Shown: positions 1-9,538 of the stretch, in pieces | Position numbering within the stretch: position 1 is the stretch's first letter | Layout: every line of letters starts with the position of its first letter | NCBI GenBank assembly: GCA_963714015.1 | Contig: OY970223.1 | Span: 2,816,001 to 2,880,000 of the forward strand | Direction of reading: 5' to 3' | DNA from: Vulcanimicrobiota bacterium | GTDB taxonomy: Bacteria; Vulcanimicrobiota; Vulcanimicrobiia; Vulcanimicrobiales; Vulcanimicrobiaceae | DNA length: 64,000 bases | Position numbers and translations under genes: made by a program | Notes under the pieces: model-generated | Databases searched by the model: none | What the model saw: the letters and a program-made list of their open reading frames with translations, nothing else | What the model was told of the DNA's origin: nothing

Positions 1-623
1 TGGGCGTTCTGCAAAAGATCGCCTCATATTACACGGAGAAAGTAGAGCAGCATGGCCCGACCCCTCGCGGAGTCGACTGGAACTCGTCGGAAGCACAGAG
101 CATTCGCTTCGAGCAGATTACTAAAGTTGTTCCTCTCGCAGGGTCGTACTCGATTGCCGACTACGGCTGCGGATACGGGGCCCTGTTCGACTTCTTGTCG
201 GCTGCGAAGCGCCGCCCCGACCTTTATGAAGGGTACGATGTCTCTGCAGCAATGATCGACCGGGCGCGCCGCATTCACGAGGACGAGCCGAACTGCGTTT
301 TTACGACGAGTTCTGCGGATCTGGTACCTGCTGACTGTACCGTTGCGAGCGGAATATTCAGCGTCCGAATGGACTTTGCGGTACAAGCCTGGGAAGCTTA
401 TGTGTTTGAAACTCTGGATAAAATGCGCAGTCTGAGTCGAAAAGCGTTTTCGTTCAACATGCTGACCGCCTACTCGGACCCTGAACGAATGCGCGCAGAT
501 CTCTACTATGCTGACCCTCATCGATACTTCGACTATTGCCGCACGCGGTTCGCCAGGAACGTGGCGCTGCTCCATGACTACGGGCTTTACGAATTTACGG
601 TCTTGGTCAGGCTGGACGCTTGA
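1..623 (+). CDS. Class I SAM-dependent methyltransferase (start at or just beyond the window edge)
   Basis: The frame of ORF 195..623 is open back to base 3: GVLQKIASYYTEKVEQHGPTPRGVDWNS...IADYGCGYGALFDFL, which contains the DxGCGxG SAM-binding motif I. Confidence 0.85.
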   Translation, partial: GVLQKIASYYTEKVEQHGPTPRGVDWNSSEAQSIRFEQITKVVPLAGSYSIADYGCGYGALFDFLSAAKRRPDLYEGYDVSAAMIDRARRIHEDEPNCVFTTSSADLVPADCTVASGIFSVRMDFAVQAWEAYVFETLDKMRSLSRKAFSFNMLTAYSDPERMRADLYYADPHRYFDYCRTRFARNVALLHDYGLYEFTVLVRLDA

Positions 624-628
624 GCCTC

Positions 629-1385
629 TCACACAAGCAATCTGATTCCGACCCCAAGCAAGACGACTGCAAGAAACATGCGGAAATAATGACCCGAAAG
701 ACGCGCCCCTAAGACGGAGCCCACGATGGTACCGGGTACCGATCCTGCGAGCAGACTGGCCTGCAATCGAGATATTTATGTCGCCTGCGTGCCAGTGCCC
801 AAGGATAGCCGGCACGAGCAGCAGCGCCGCAAATGCCACGTCGGTTCCTACCAGCGGCCGGATCTGGATTCCGGGCACGGCCAGCAGAAGCAACGGGAGA
901 GTCAGCGACCCGCTGCCTATCGACGTAATACTTACCATGGTGCCGACGAAGAAACCAATAAGCACAAGCCAGCCGCGCTGCGGGCCGCTAGGCCCATTTG
1001 CCGCCGGCTCGCCGGACGGCGGTCTGAAAAGTATCACGAACGCAGAAACCAAAAGGGCGCATCCAATGAGGATCGAGAGCACGTGGTTTACGGTACGAAT
1101 ATCGATTGTGGCGCGAAGCGCAGCATAGACGAAGTCTCCGAAAATTGCCCCCGGTATTCCGCCGCATGCCAGATAGAGCAGTACGCCTCGATCGATGGTG
1201 CGGCGTCGCACGTGGGCGAGCAGCGCGAGGGCCTTCGTTCCAAAGCTGAAAACTAAATCCGATCCGATGGCCGTTGCCGAATCGATGCCCAAGAACAATA
1301 GGATCGGGGTCGTTAGGGCACCGGCGCCGACGCCGGAGTATGTAACGCATAAGCTGACCGCAAAGCCAACCATGGCGTATTTCAC
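629..1385 (-). CDS. Sulfite exporter TauE/SafE family membrane protein (one frameshift near 760)
   Basis: GVGAGALTTP and SIGSGSLTLP motifs. After HAGDINISIA the hydrophobic C-terminus SLLAGSVPGTIVGSVLGARLSGHYFRMFLAVVLLGVGIRLLV* continues in another frame to a TGA at 629-631. Confidence 0.85.
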
Positions 1386-3210
1386 AGTCGAACGTTGGCC
1401 TCTACAAACTCCATGAGATCCGCCGCCGATGCCGCTACGGTTTGTCGAGCGGTTTCGATGACGAGGTCGGGTGATTGCGGCGGCTCGTAAGGGGAGGATA
1501 CGCCCGTAAAATTCGCAATTTCGCCCGAGCGCGCCCTGCGATACAAACCGCTGGAGTCGCGATGCTCCGCCGTTTCAATATCGCAAGAAATGTATATCTC
1601 GAAAAAGCGCGCAGGGTAAGCTGCCCGAGCACGCTGCCTATCGGCTGCAAACGGCGAGATAAAGGCGCAAAGCACAATCTGACCTGCCTCTGCAAGAAGC
1701 GCAGCCACTGACGCAGCGCGGCGAACGTTTTCGGTCCGGTCGTCGTCTGTAAAGCCCAAATCGATGTTCAAAGACGTACGCAGCGTCTCACCGTCCAGTA
1801 CAAAAGCCTGACGTCCCCGATCGAAAAGCATCCGCTGCACCGTCATAGCAATCGTCGATTTGCCCGCCCGCGGCAATCCCGTCAACCAGAAGATCCCGCC
1901 TGAATGGCCGTTCCGGCGAGCACGTTCTTGCGCGGGTACCGATGATTTCTGTGCAATAACGTCGGTGGCTCCCTGCGAGCGGGGACGTCCGATAACCGAT
2001 CGTACGCGGCCCCCCGCCACGACGGCAAGATCGCGAACGAGAACGAAGCGCCCTATGCTCGAAGCGAGGCTCTCATCGTCGGCGGCGATTAACTCGTGTG
2101 CGGTCAGGGTTATGACGGCTACGTCGCCGCTCCCGACGTGATCCCGCTGGACCGGCTCCATTGTGTCGGGATCAATAACCTCGTTCACGCGTTGAATAGA
2201 GACTGGAATCTCTCGCGTTCCTAAACGCATTCGAAGCGGTATGCTCGGTTCGAGCGCTTGTTGCGAAAGCCAAACAATCTCCGCCTGCATAGCGTGTCCC
2301 AGCGACGGCTGGTCACCTGCCAGCGTGCCTACCGCGCCGCGATCGACGAATATGCGCTCGTCGAGTTCGATAGCGATTGATTGACCGGCAACGGCTTCAT
2401 CGTCGTCTTGAGGCCAGGAGGCGATGCGCTTGACAGTCGCGGAAGTCTGCAGCGGCCAAAAAATAAGACGATCGCCCTTACGAACTCTACCTGCACCGAC
2501 GCGCCCCGCGATGAAGCGCGTGCCTTCACGGCGATACACATCCTGGACGATGAACCGAAGCGACGCGTTTACCGGAGCCGATTGGGCATGCACTTCCTCG
2601 AGAGCATCGAGGAAACTCGAACCCTTCCACCATGTGTACGCCAGTGACTTTTCAGCAATGTTTTCACCGCTTCGTCCGGCTATCGGAACGATGGCCGACG
2701 CTTGCAGGCCCAAGTGTTGCAGGAAAGATTCAACCTCGGCGCGCCTTCGTTCGAAAGCTCTTGGGGATCCTCGGCAAGATCCAACTTGTTGATTGCGACC
2801 AAAACCGATTCGAAGCCGAACCACCGCAGAAAAAGCGCCTGGCGCCGGGTTTGAAATGTTATCCCTTCATCCGCGGCTACGACCATGACCGCTGCGTCGA
2901 CCTCCGATGCGCCGCTGAGCAAATTACGGATCAGCTCGCGGTGCCCGGGCGCATCCACGAAAACGTAATCCCTGGTGGCGGTATGCAACCAGACGCGGGT
3001 TATATCGAGAGTTATTGCCTGATCTCGTTCGACCTGGAAGGCGTCGAGCAAGAACGAATATTCGATCGGAACGCCGCGCTTTGCACTCGAGCTTTCGAGC
3101 TCCGCGAGTTTATCCGGCGTCACCTCGCCTAAATCGACGAGCAGACGTCCAAGAATCGTGGATTTGCCCGCGTCCACGTCGCCGACCATGACGATTCGGA
3201 CTTGCTTCAC
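1382..3210 (-). CDS. cysNC: Bifunctional sulfate adenylyltransferase large subunit / adenylyl-sulfate kinase (frameshift near 2760)
   Basis: ORF 2680..3210 has the GTPase motifs GDVDAGKST, DAPGH and NKLD. ORF 1382..2824 carries the beta-barrel domains and the APS kinase WLTGLPRAGKST...GVSSPYEPP. The frames join at DLAEDPQ/RAFERRR. Confidence 0.92.
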
Positions 3211-4016
3211 ATGTAACCCGACGTACGCAGTCGTTCAAATGTGTCTTCGCTCTCGTTGTCCATTGTGCGCCCCGCCCGCTCCGGCTCGCGCGTCTCTTCC
3301 AACTCTTCGATTATAGCGTCGAGCGTCGTAGCGTTACTCGCAATCGGAACGGTAATGTTACTCTCACCGAGCGAGCGAAAGCGCAGTCCCTCGCGGGCAA
3401 GGTACAGCGGCACGTACGGGATGGCCTCACGACGCGTATAGCGCCAGATGTCGAGCTCGGTCCATTGCAGCAACGGATGAATCCGCACGTGGGCGCCATC
3501 GGGTACATCGTAAGGAAAATAGTCCCAAAGCTCAGGCGGTTGAGAGCGCGGATCCCAGGAGCCGTCGGCATTCCTCGGACTGAAGATCCGTTCTTTGGCG
3601 CGGATAGCCTGCTCGTCTCTGCGTATGCCTAGGATCAGCCCCCGATACCCTTCGCGTGCCAAGAGTTTGCGAAGGCCGGCGGTCTTGCGTGCAGCGTGCC
3701 GTGCTGCGGGCGGCAAGGTCGGATCGACCTCGGACTCCGGCGGGCACTCTTCGTTTAGTATCGGCAAGTTCCACGAGCGCACCAGCTCGTCCCGGAATCG
3801 ATACACTTCAGGAAATTCCATTCCCGTATCCAACAGCACGACCGGAAAAGGAATCTCGCCAAGAAAGGCCTTTCTGACCATCCACAGCAATGCAGTGCTG
3901 TCTTTGCCAATCGACCAGAGCATCGCCACCGGAGCGACGCAGGCAAATGCCTCACGCAGGATGTACACCGTCCTGGCCTCGAGTTCGTCGAGGTCGTCGA
4001 GGGCCGCACGTGTCAT
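3207..4016 (-). CDS. cysD: Sulfate adenylyltransferase small subunit
   Basis: PP-loop MLWSIGKDS, GIRRDEQAIRAKERIFS and RIHPLLQWTE; overlaps the cysNC start. Confidence 0.95.
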   Translation of the reverse strand: MTRAALDDLDELEARTVYILREAFACVAPVAMLWSIGKDSTALLWMVRKAFLGEIPFPVVLLDTGMEFPEVYRFRDELVRSWNLPILNEECPPESEVDPTLPPAARHAARKTAGLRKLLAREGYRGLILGIRRDEQAIRAKERIFSPRNADGSWDPRSQPPELWDYFPYDVPDGAHVRIHPLLQWTELDIWRYTRREAIPYVPLYLAREGLRFRSLGESNITVPIASNATTLDAIIEELEETREPERAGRTMDNESEDTFERLRTSGYM

Positions 4017-4137
4017 TATTGTCCGCGTTCGTTCGAACGCTTCGCAGTCATTCCTTCGCTTTAACCTCGCCCGGCTTACTGCCCACGTGGCGTCCGGACG
4101 CAGGCGAATGCCCTTTCAACTGACGCAGTAGGATCTG

Positions 4138-5298
4138 ATGCCGATAACCGACCCCGAAAGGGACAGAATTCCATTCAACCGTCCCTTCACCACGGGCCGC
4201 GAGTGGGAGTACATGTCGGATTCGATTGCGCGCGCGCACATCTCCGGAGACGGCTATTATACAAAGGCCTGTCACAGGCTGCTCGAGGAAGCACTGCCGG
4301 CGCACCGAGCACTGCTTACCACCAGTTGCACGCACGCTTTGGAGATGACGGCACTTCTTCTGGATTTGTCGCCCGGTGACGAGATCATCATGCCGGCATT
4401 TACGTTCGTGTCTACAGCGAATGCGTATGCGCTCCGCGGGGCAAAACCGATCTTTGTAGACGTACGCGCCGACACTCTCAACCTGAACGAACGCCTGGTC
4501 GAACGGGCGATAACGCCTCGCACCAAAGCGGTCGTCGCCGTTCACTACGCAGGCGTCGGATGCGAGATGGAAACCTTGCTGAACGTCTGCCGTGACCATG
4601 GAGTGGAGCTCATAGAAGACAACGCACACGGCTTGTTCGGAAAATACGGTGGAAAATCGCTCGGCACTTTCGGCGCGATGGCGACGCAAAGTTTTCACGA
4701 AACGAAGAACTTCATGTGCGGCGAGGGAGGAGCGCTGATCTTCAACGACGCCCGATTCACCGATCGGGCTGAGATCCTTCGAGAAAAAGGAACGGACCGG
4801 AGCCGTTTTTTCCGCGGCCAGGTCGACAAGTACTCTTGGGTCGACCTCGGATCGAGCTACCTCCCCTCCGATATTCTGGCCGCGTTTTTGCTGGCGCAGT
4901 TGGAGTCGCGGGATCGCATTCAAGCGATCCGGCGCCGTATCTGGGAAAACTACGCGAGCGGTTTGACGCACTGGGCGGCACGGTACGGCATCGCGCTTCC
5001 GACTGTTCCGCAAGAGTGCGAACAGTCGTACCATCTGTTTTACCTGCTGATGCCGAGCTTTGACGATCGCCAAGTACTCATTTCACACCTCAAGGAGCAC
5101 TCGATCAATGCCGTCTTTCACTACCTGCCGCTAAATAGATCCGAGATGGCGCGACGCTTGGGCGCCGTAGCCGACTGTCCTGTGACGGAAAACGTGAGCG
5201 ATCGCCTAGTTCGACTGCCGTTTCACAACGAACTGAGCGAAGAACAGCAGGCGCGGGTTATTGAAGCGATTTGCGAGTTCCGGCCTAACCGGCTTTGA
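4138..5298 (+). CDS. rffA: dTDP-4-amino-4,6-dideoxygalactose transaminase (DegT/DnrJ family)
   Basis: IPFNRPF, LLTTSCTHALEM, the PLP-lysine motif SFHETKN and GQVDKYSWVDLGSSYLPSD, typical of WecE/RffA. Confidence 0.92.
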   Translation: MPITDPERDRIPFNRPFTTGREWEYMSDSIARAHISGDGYYTKACHRLLEEALPAHRALLTTSCTHALEMTALLLDLSPGDEIIMPAFTFVSTANAYALRGAKPIFVDVRADTLNLNERLVERAITPRTKAVVAVHYAGVGCEMETLLNVCRDHGVELIEDNAHGLFGKYGGKSLGTFGAMATQSFHETKNFMCGEGGALIFNDARFTDRAEILREKGTDRSRFFRGQVDKYSWVDLGSSYLPSDILAAFLLAQLESRDRIQAIRRRIWENYASGLTHWAARYGIALPTVPQECEQSYHLFYLLMPSFDDRQVLISHLKEHSINAVFHYLPLNRSEMARRLGAVADCPVTENVSDRLVRLPFHNELSEEQQARVIEAICEFRPNRL

Positions 5299-6172
5299 TC
5301 GCGCTCTCGGTAGTGGCCTGCGGAGCATTGAGCGCCAGCAGTTTGCGGCTGAAGGCCACGTTCACCTTGAAAAGTTCGCAGAGCATGTTGGCTTGAGCTC
5401 GATCGCGGCGCTTGAGCGCGTCGTATAATTCGCGGGCGAACGGCAGCAGGCAGGCGTCGCCGCTCGAATCGTGGTGGCGCAGCTGCTCGGCAACGAATTG
5501 AGCCGTTACGGCCTGCAGCGCCTCGGCGGAAGGCACGTCAAAGCCTAAAGCTTCGATCATCTCGGTTGCCTGTTCGATCGGCTCGGTAAACCACCGGCCG
5601 TACTCGACAATGGCTTGCAGTCTGTCGCCTAAGTAAGACAACGCGTCGACGTAGTGCTCCAGCCAAAGCAGCTCGGAATAGACGGGATTGACCATCTCGC
5701 GGGCGTAAAGCGACTTGGCGACGTCACGCGGATGACGGACCACTAGAACGTAGCGCGGGTTCAGATGCAGCTCTCTAAAAATCTCGTCCCAGAGCGGCAG
5801 TAATCGCGCCGTGCGCGGATCCTTGAAACCCCACGTGCCCGGAGCGCGCATGACTTCGCCGCGAACCAGATCGGTCAATTGCCGTTTGAACGGCTGCACT
5901 TGCGGCAGGTTCCACCACATCGACGGAAACGGCTTCAGGCTCTCGCTGCTGTTCCAGGCTTGGCCGATGCTCGCCAGGATGTCATCGTGGATCTTTGCGA
6001 TCGTGAGCGACTCGAAATAGCCCATTGCATTGTGCTGCGTTGCCGGCATCAGGTCTTCGCTCAGCGAAACACCCAGCGCGTTCAGCATACCCGTCGTGAG
6101 CGATGTGCCCGACCGATGCATCCCCAACACGACCACAACGGGACGGGAACCGTTCGACGAATGCTCTGACAC
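5285..6172 (-). CDS. Sulfotransferase family protein
   Basis: PAPS-binding loop VLGMHRSGTS, WGFKDPRT and VRHPRDVAKSL. Confidence 0.9.
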   Translation of the reverse strand: MSEHSSNGSRPVVVVLGMHRSGTSLTTGMLNALGVSLSEDLMPATQHNAMGYFESLTIAKIHDDILASIGQAWNSSESLKPFPSMWWNLPQVQPFKRQLTDLVRGEVMRAPGTWGFKDPRTARLLPLWDEIFRELHLNPRYVLVVRHPRDVAKSLYAREMVNPVYSELLWLEHYVDALSYLGDRLQAIVEYGRWFTEPIEQATEMIEALGFDVPSAEALQAVTAQFVAEQLRHHDSSGDACLLPFARELYDALKRRDRAQANMLCELFKVNVAFSRKLLALNAPQATTESAIKAG

Positions 6173-6215
6173 GATGATTTACTCTCCTTTGCGCCCGAGT
6201 AAGGGCACAATGACT

Positions 6216-6243
6216 TTATCGGCCCGAGTCTAAGTAAGGGTTA
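6216..6243 (-). promoter_or_regulatory. Putative sigma28 (FliA/SigD) promoter upstream of the sulfotransferase
   Basis: Minus strand reads TAAC-N16-GCCGATAA: a perfect -10 box and a 3/4 -35 box, about 45 bp before the start codon. Confidence 0.6.
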
Positions 6244-6248
6244 GCCTC

Positions 6249-7169
6249 ATGCCGGCCTTGTACTACAAGCATTTCGGACTCGAACGCGATCCGTTTTTAG
6301 ATACGGCCGATCCGTATTTTTACTGCGAACTGGGTCCGTTCCGTAAAGCCAAGGATCGGCTGACCGGTTCCGTCGGCCAGTCTCGCGGTCTCACCGTCGT
6401 GCTGGGCGAACCCGGCACCGGTAAGACCAGTCTATCCGGTGCACTCGAGCAAGATCTGCTGCAAGACGATAAGATCGTGCTCGGTAAAATTCTCGATCCG
6501 ACGTTCGCCACGGAGGTCGAGTTTTTGATTGCCATTGGGCGCGTCTTCGGGCTGTCGCTTCCTGCCCGGTCGAGCGCCGCGCTTAAAAACGCCTTGAAAA
6601 ACTTGTTTTTCGAAACGGCAGTGCTCGAGGACCGTTTGCTGGTGCTTACGATCGACGAAGCGCAAAATCTCACTGACGAAGGGCTCGAAGCGCTGCGCAT
6701 GCTGCTCAATTATCAAGTGCCGCAAAAGAAGCTGCTGAACATTCTGCTCTTCGGACAAACCGAACTGGAGGCGAGAATCGCGGCACGGCAAAACTTAGCC
6801 GACCGCGTCGACACCTGGATTCGGCTGCAACCGCTGGACGAGGCAATGAGCGGGGCGGTTTTGGACTACCGTCTCACGCAGGCCGGCCTTGCTCCGGGCG
6901 AACGCATCATCACGCCGGAGGCACGCAGTCTGCTCGCGGCAGCATCGGGCGGGCTGGTTCGGCGGCTTACCGTGCTCGCACACCTTTCCATGGAAGAGGC
7001 GGCCGACCGCGCGAGCACGCTGGTGCGCGAGGAGCACGTTCAGGCCGCCATAGCCGCGCGCGGCCTGGATGCCGGCGCCGTGCGCTCGAAGCTTGCAGGG
7101 GCCTCATCGAACGGCTCGCACCGCGGATTCTGGGAACGACTGCTCGAACGGCTCGGCCTTCACTCATGA
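6249..7169 (+). CDS. ExeA/GspA-like AAA ATPase
   Basis: YYKHFGLERDPF N-terminus, Walker A GEPGTGKT, Walker B IDEAQ and LLFGQTEL. Confidence 0.88.
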   Translation: MPALYYKHFGLERDPFLDTADPYFYCELGPFRKAKDRLTGSVGQSRGLTVVLGEPGTGKTSLSGALEQDLLQDDKIVLGKILDPTFATEVEFLIAIGRVFGLSLPARSSAALKNALKNLFFETAVLEDRLLVLTIDEAQNLTDEGLEALRMLLNYQVPQKKLLNILLFGQTELEARIAARQNLADRVDTWIRLQPLDEAMSGAVLDYRLTQAGLAPGERIITPEARSLLAAASGGLVRRLTVLAHLSMEEAADRASTLVREEHVQAAIAARGLDAGAVRSKLAGASSNGSHRGFWERLLERLGLHS

Positions 7170-8686
7170 AACCGCGGCGTGAACCGAATTTCAGCAAGAG
7201 CGCAGACATGCGTCTCGTGGAGCTTCAAAGAGAATCGTTGGGGGTTCCGCTTCCCGAACGCGTCTGGCAATCCGCCGAAACCGAAGAGGAGGGCGATACG
7301 CCCGAGACGCCGCCTAAACTCGAGAGCGCGGTGATCGCTTGCGAGGCCTCCGCTACGCCGGCTTCCGGCGTCATTCCGGGCGCCATCGTCACGATATCGG
7401 TGACGGTTCTGAACGAAGGCGCCGCACCCGCCGAGCGCGTCAGGGTTACGGTGCCGCTGCCGGGCGGCGCTTCCTACCGCAACGGATCGTTCGTTCAAGA
7501 CGGGCGCCCGCTGCTGGACGACTTCGCCGAAAAACTCTTCACGATCGGCATTCTACTGCCCGACGTTCCGCCTAAGACCCGGCACACGTTTCTATGGAAA
7601 GTCGGCGTGCGAATCGGGAACAAGCCTTTGGTGATTGCACCGCACGTTACCGGAAAAGACACCGCCGTCATCGGCGCCGAGCCCGTCATCGTCGCGCGCA
7701 AGGAAGGCGCGCAGACGACGTTCTCCGGGGAGATCGCTCGAGCTGACCCGGCGCTCGCTGTGCCCCAGCGGTCCGAGACCTCTGAACTCCCGTTCTACGA
7801 GCTCGATTCGGAAGAGACCCTGGAGCATGAAGCAGCACAGGCGGCTCTCTCGCCGATCGGGCAGTACGAACCGGTCCAACGGCCGCCGGTCGAACCCGTG
7901 CCGGCGCCTGCACAGCCTGAGCCGCTTCCGGCACCGGACCAGCCTGCGCCGGTTCAGGAGCCGGGCACGCCGGTGACCGAGCCGGAGATTCCGCCTCCTC
8001 CGCAGCAGCCGCCCGACGTCGAGCCGGCTGCGCGCGAAGCGGTCGTTCTATCAGGCCGGATCGACCGGCCGTCGGTGGCGTATTTCGACCGAATTTTCAC
8101 CGGCACAAAAGCCCCGACGCTGCTGAGCCATTTCATTCTGGGCGGCGCGCTTGCGTGCACCAACTCGAGCTCCGGGGAAGACGTCGCCGCCCTAAAGAGT
8201 CATCTCAACGCGCAGAGTCAACTGCTGCAGCGCATCGTTCTGCACGAGAAGCTCGGCAAAAAGGAACCGATCGCGGAATACGCCGGAACGCTGCTCGCGC
8301 AAGTCGATCGTCTGGTTTCTGAGCCCGTACCGCGGTTGACGCCCGACGAAGACAAGAACTCGCTGCTCCTTCAGACCGAGCTGGACAATCCGACGATTGC
8401 CGTGCTGCAGCGCATGCAAGAGGATCGCGCCCGGTGGGATTTTACCAAAGCGCGGCAATTTACGTTGGCCCTGCAAGCTCGCAGCGTCGTTTCAAACGCG
8501 CCTTCGGATTTCGTCGAGCGAGCGGATGCCGCGCTTCGCGCATACGCGCAAACTGCAACGACGCAGCTTCAGCGCTTTTTCGTTCGCATGCGGATCGATC
8601 GCACCACCGGTCTTCTCTACGTGCAGGACGAAACGCTCGATAGCGCGGCCCGCACGCTCGTCGAAGCGTTGACCGCGCTATTTTAG
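7166..8686 (+). CDS. Hypothetical protein: DUF11-like Ig domain, Pro-rich linker, helical C-terminal domain
   Basis: VIPGAIVTISVTVLNEG...VTVPLPGGASYRNGS resembles DUF11; ATGA overlap with the ATPase gene. Confidence 0.7.
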   Translation: MKPRREPNFSKSADMRLVELQRESLGVPLPERVWQSAETEEEGDTPETPPKLESAVIACEASATPASGVIPGAIVTISVTVLNEGAAPAERVRVTVPLPGGASYRNGSFVQDGRPLLDDFAEKLFTIGILLPDVPPKTRHTFLWKVGVRIGNKPLVIAPHVTGKDTAVIGAEPVIVARKEGAQTTFSGEIARADPALAVPQRSETSELPFYELDSEETLEHEAAQAALSPIGQYEPVQRPPVEPVPAPAQPEPLPAPDQPAPVQEPGTPVTEPEIPPPPQQPPDVEPAAREAVVLSGRIDRPSVAYFDRIFTGTKAPTLLSHFILGGALACTNSSSGEDVAALKSHLNAQSQLLQRIVLHEKLGKKEPIAEYAGTLLAQVDRLVSEPVPRLTPDEDKNSLLLQTELDNPTIAVLQRMQEDRARWDFTKARQFTLALQARSVVSNAPSDFVERADAALRAYAQTATTQLQRFFVRMRIDRTTGLLYVQDETLDSAARTLVEALTALF

Positions 8687-8693
8687 GTTTGAA

Positions 8694-9098
8694 TTACTGA
8701 TACTGATTGAGTGAAGCCAGGCGCGAACGGCGCTGTTCGGGGTTGCTCATAGTGCGCAGCGCGATCTTCCAGCGGGACATCAAACGCAGCCGTTCGGCAA
8801 CGGTCTCGTTGAACTGCTGAAGTCTGACCATTTGATTTTGACGAATGGCATGAATGTACCGGATTCGCTGAAATACGGCGCGGTCGAAACCTTCGTCGCG
8901 GACGCCGCGCGCCTCGTCCATGGCATTTCCCAGCGCGTGCGTCAAGCGTCTGGAGTCGACGATTGCAGCGTCCAGGTCCGCCCAGCGGCGGCGCATCATG
9001 GCCGCTTCCATCCTGCCGCAAAGCGCTTCGAGCGCGCCGAGCTCGGCTTCGACGGCGGCGAGCAAAGGCTCGTAGTTGACCTTAACCGACTGCTGCAA
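8694..9098 (-). CDS. Small helical protein, possible FliT/FlgN-like flagellar chaperone
   Basis: 134 aa, coiled-coil character, directly after fliD-fliS where fliT normally lies. Function is inferred from position only. Confidence 0.55.
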   Translation of the reverse strand: MQQSVKVNYEPLLAAVEAELGALEALCGRMEAAMMRRRWADLDAAIVDSRRLTHALGNAMDEARGVRDEGFDRAVFQRIRYIHAIRQNQMVRLQQFNETVAERLRLMSRWKIALRTMSNPEQRRSRLASLNQYQ

Positions 9099-9522
9099 AT
9101 CCGCCTCCCGGCGCTTCTTGAAACTCTTGCTGGCGCATCGCTTTGAACTGCGTGACGGCCTGAAGCCACATTTGGCGGTAGTCGCGAAAATCCGGAAGAA
9201 TCCGCTCGACCCGAGCCGGATCTTTCTGCATGTTGGCCAGAACGAGCTCGTGATGCCAAAACTCGTAGACGCGGAACAGATTGCGCGCCACCTCTCCGCC
9301 GATCTCCATGTCCAGCGACCCCATCAGCAAGCAGAGCGCTCGCTGCGCGCGCAGCAGCGCCTTGTGTATGCCTTCGATGTCGCTGCGATCGGTCTGAAGT
9401 TTGTCGAGCGCTTGCGTCGCCGCCAAAACGAGGACGTCGAAGATCTTCACGATCAGGTCTTCTTTCGAAGCCGTGGCGATCGACGTTTCCAGATACTTCT
9501 TGTCCGCGGAGCTCTTCATCAT
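9082..9522 (-). CDS. fliS: Flagellin export chaperone FliS
   Basis: YLETSIATASKEDLIVKIFD...LMGSLDMEIGGEVARNLFRVYEF. Confidence 0.92.
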   Translation of the reverse strand: MMKSSADKKYLETSIATASKEDLIVKIFDVLVLAATQALDKLQTDRSDIEGIHKALLRAQRALCLLMGSLDMEIGGEVARNLFRVYEFWHHELVLANMQKDPARVERILPDFRDYRQMWLQAVTQFKAMRQQEFQEAPGGGFAAVG

Positions 9523-9538
9523 GTTTCTCGCTGTTGCG

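Noticed and set aside
24..628. C-terminal extension of the 453-aa TauE ORF
   Set aside because: Frameshift read-through antisense to the methyltransferase; the real C-terminus ends at 629.
7860..8030. Repetitive DNA in the Pro-rich stretch
   Set aside because: Explained by a low-complexity P/E/Q linker, not an independent repeat element.
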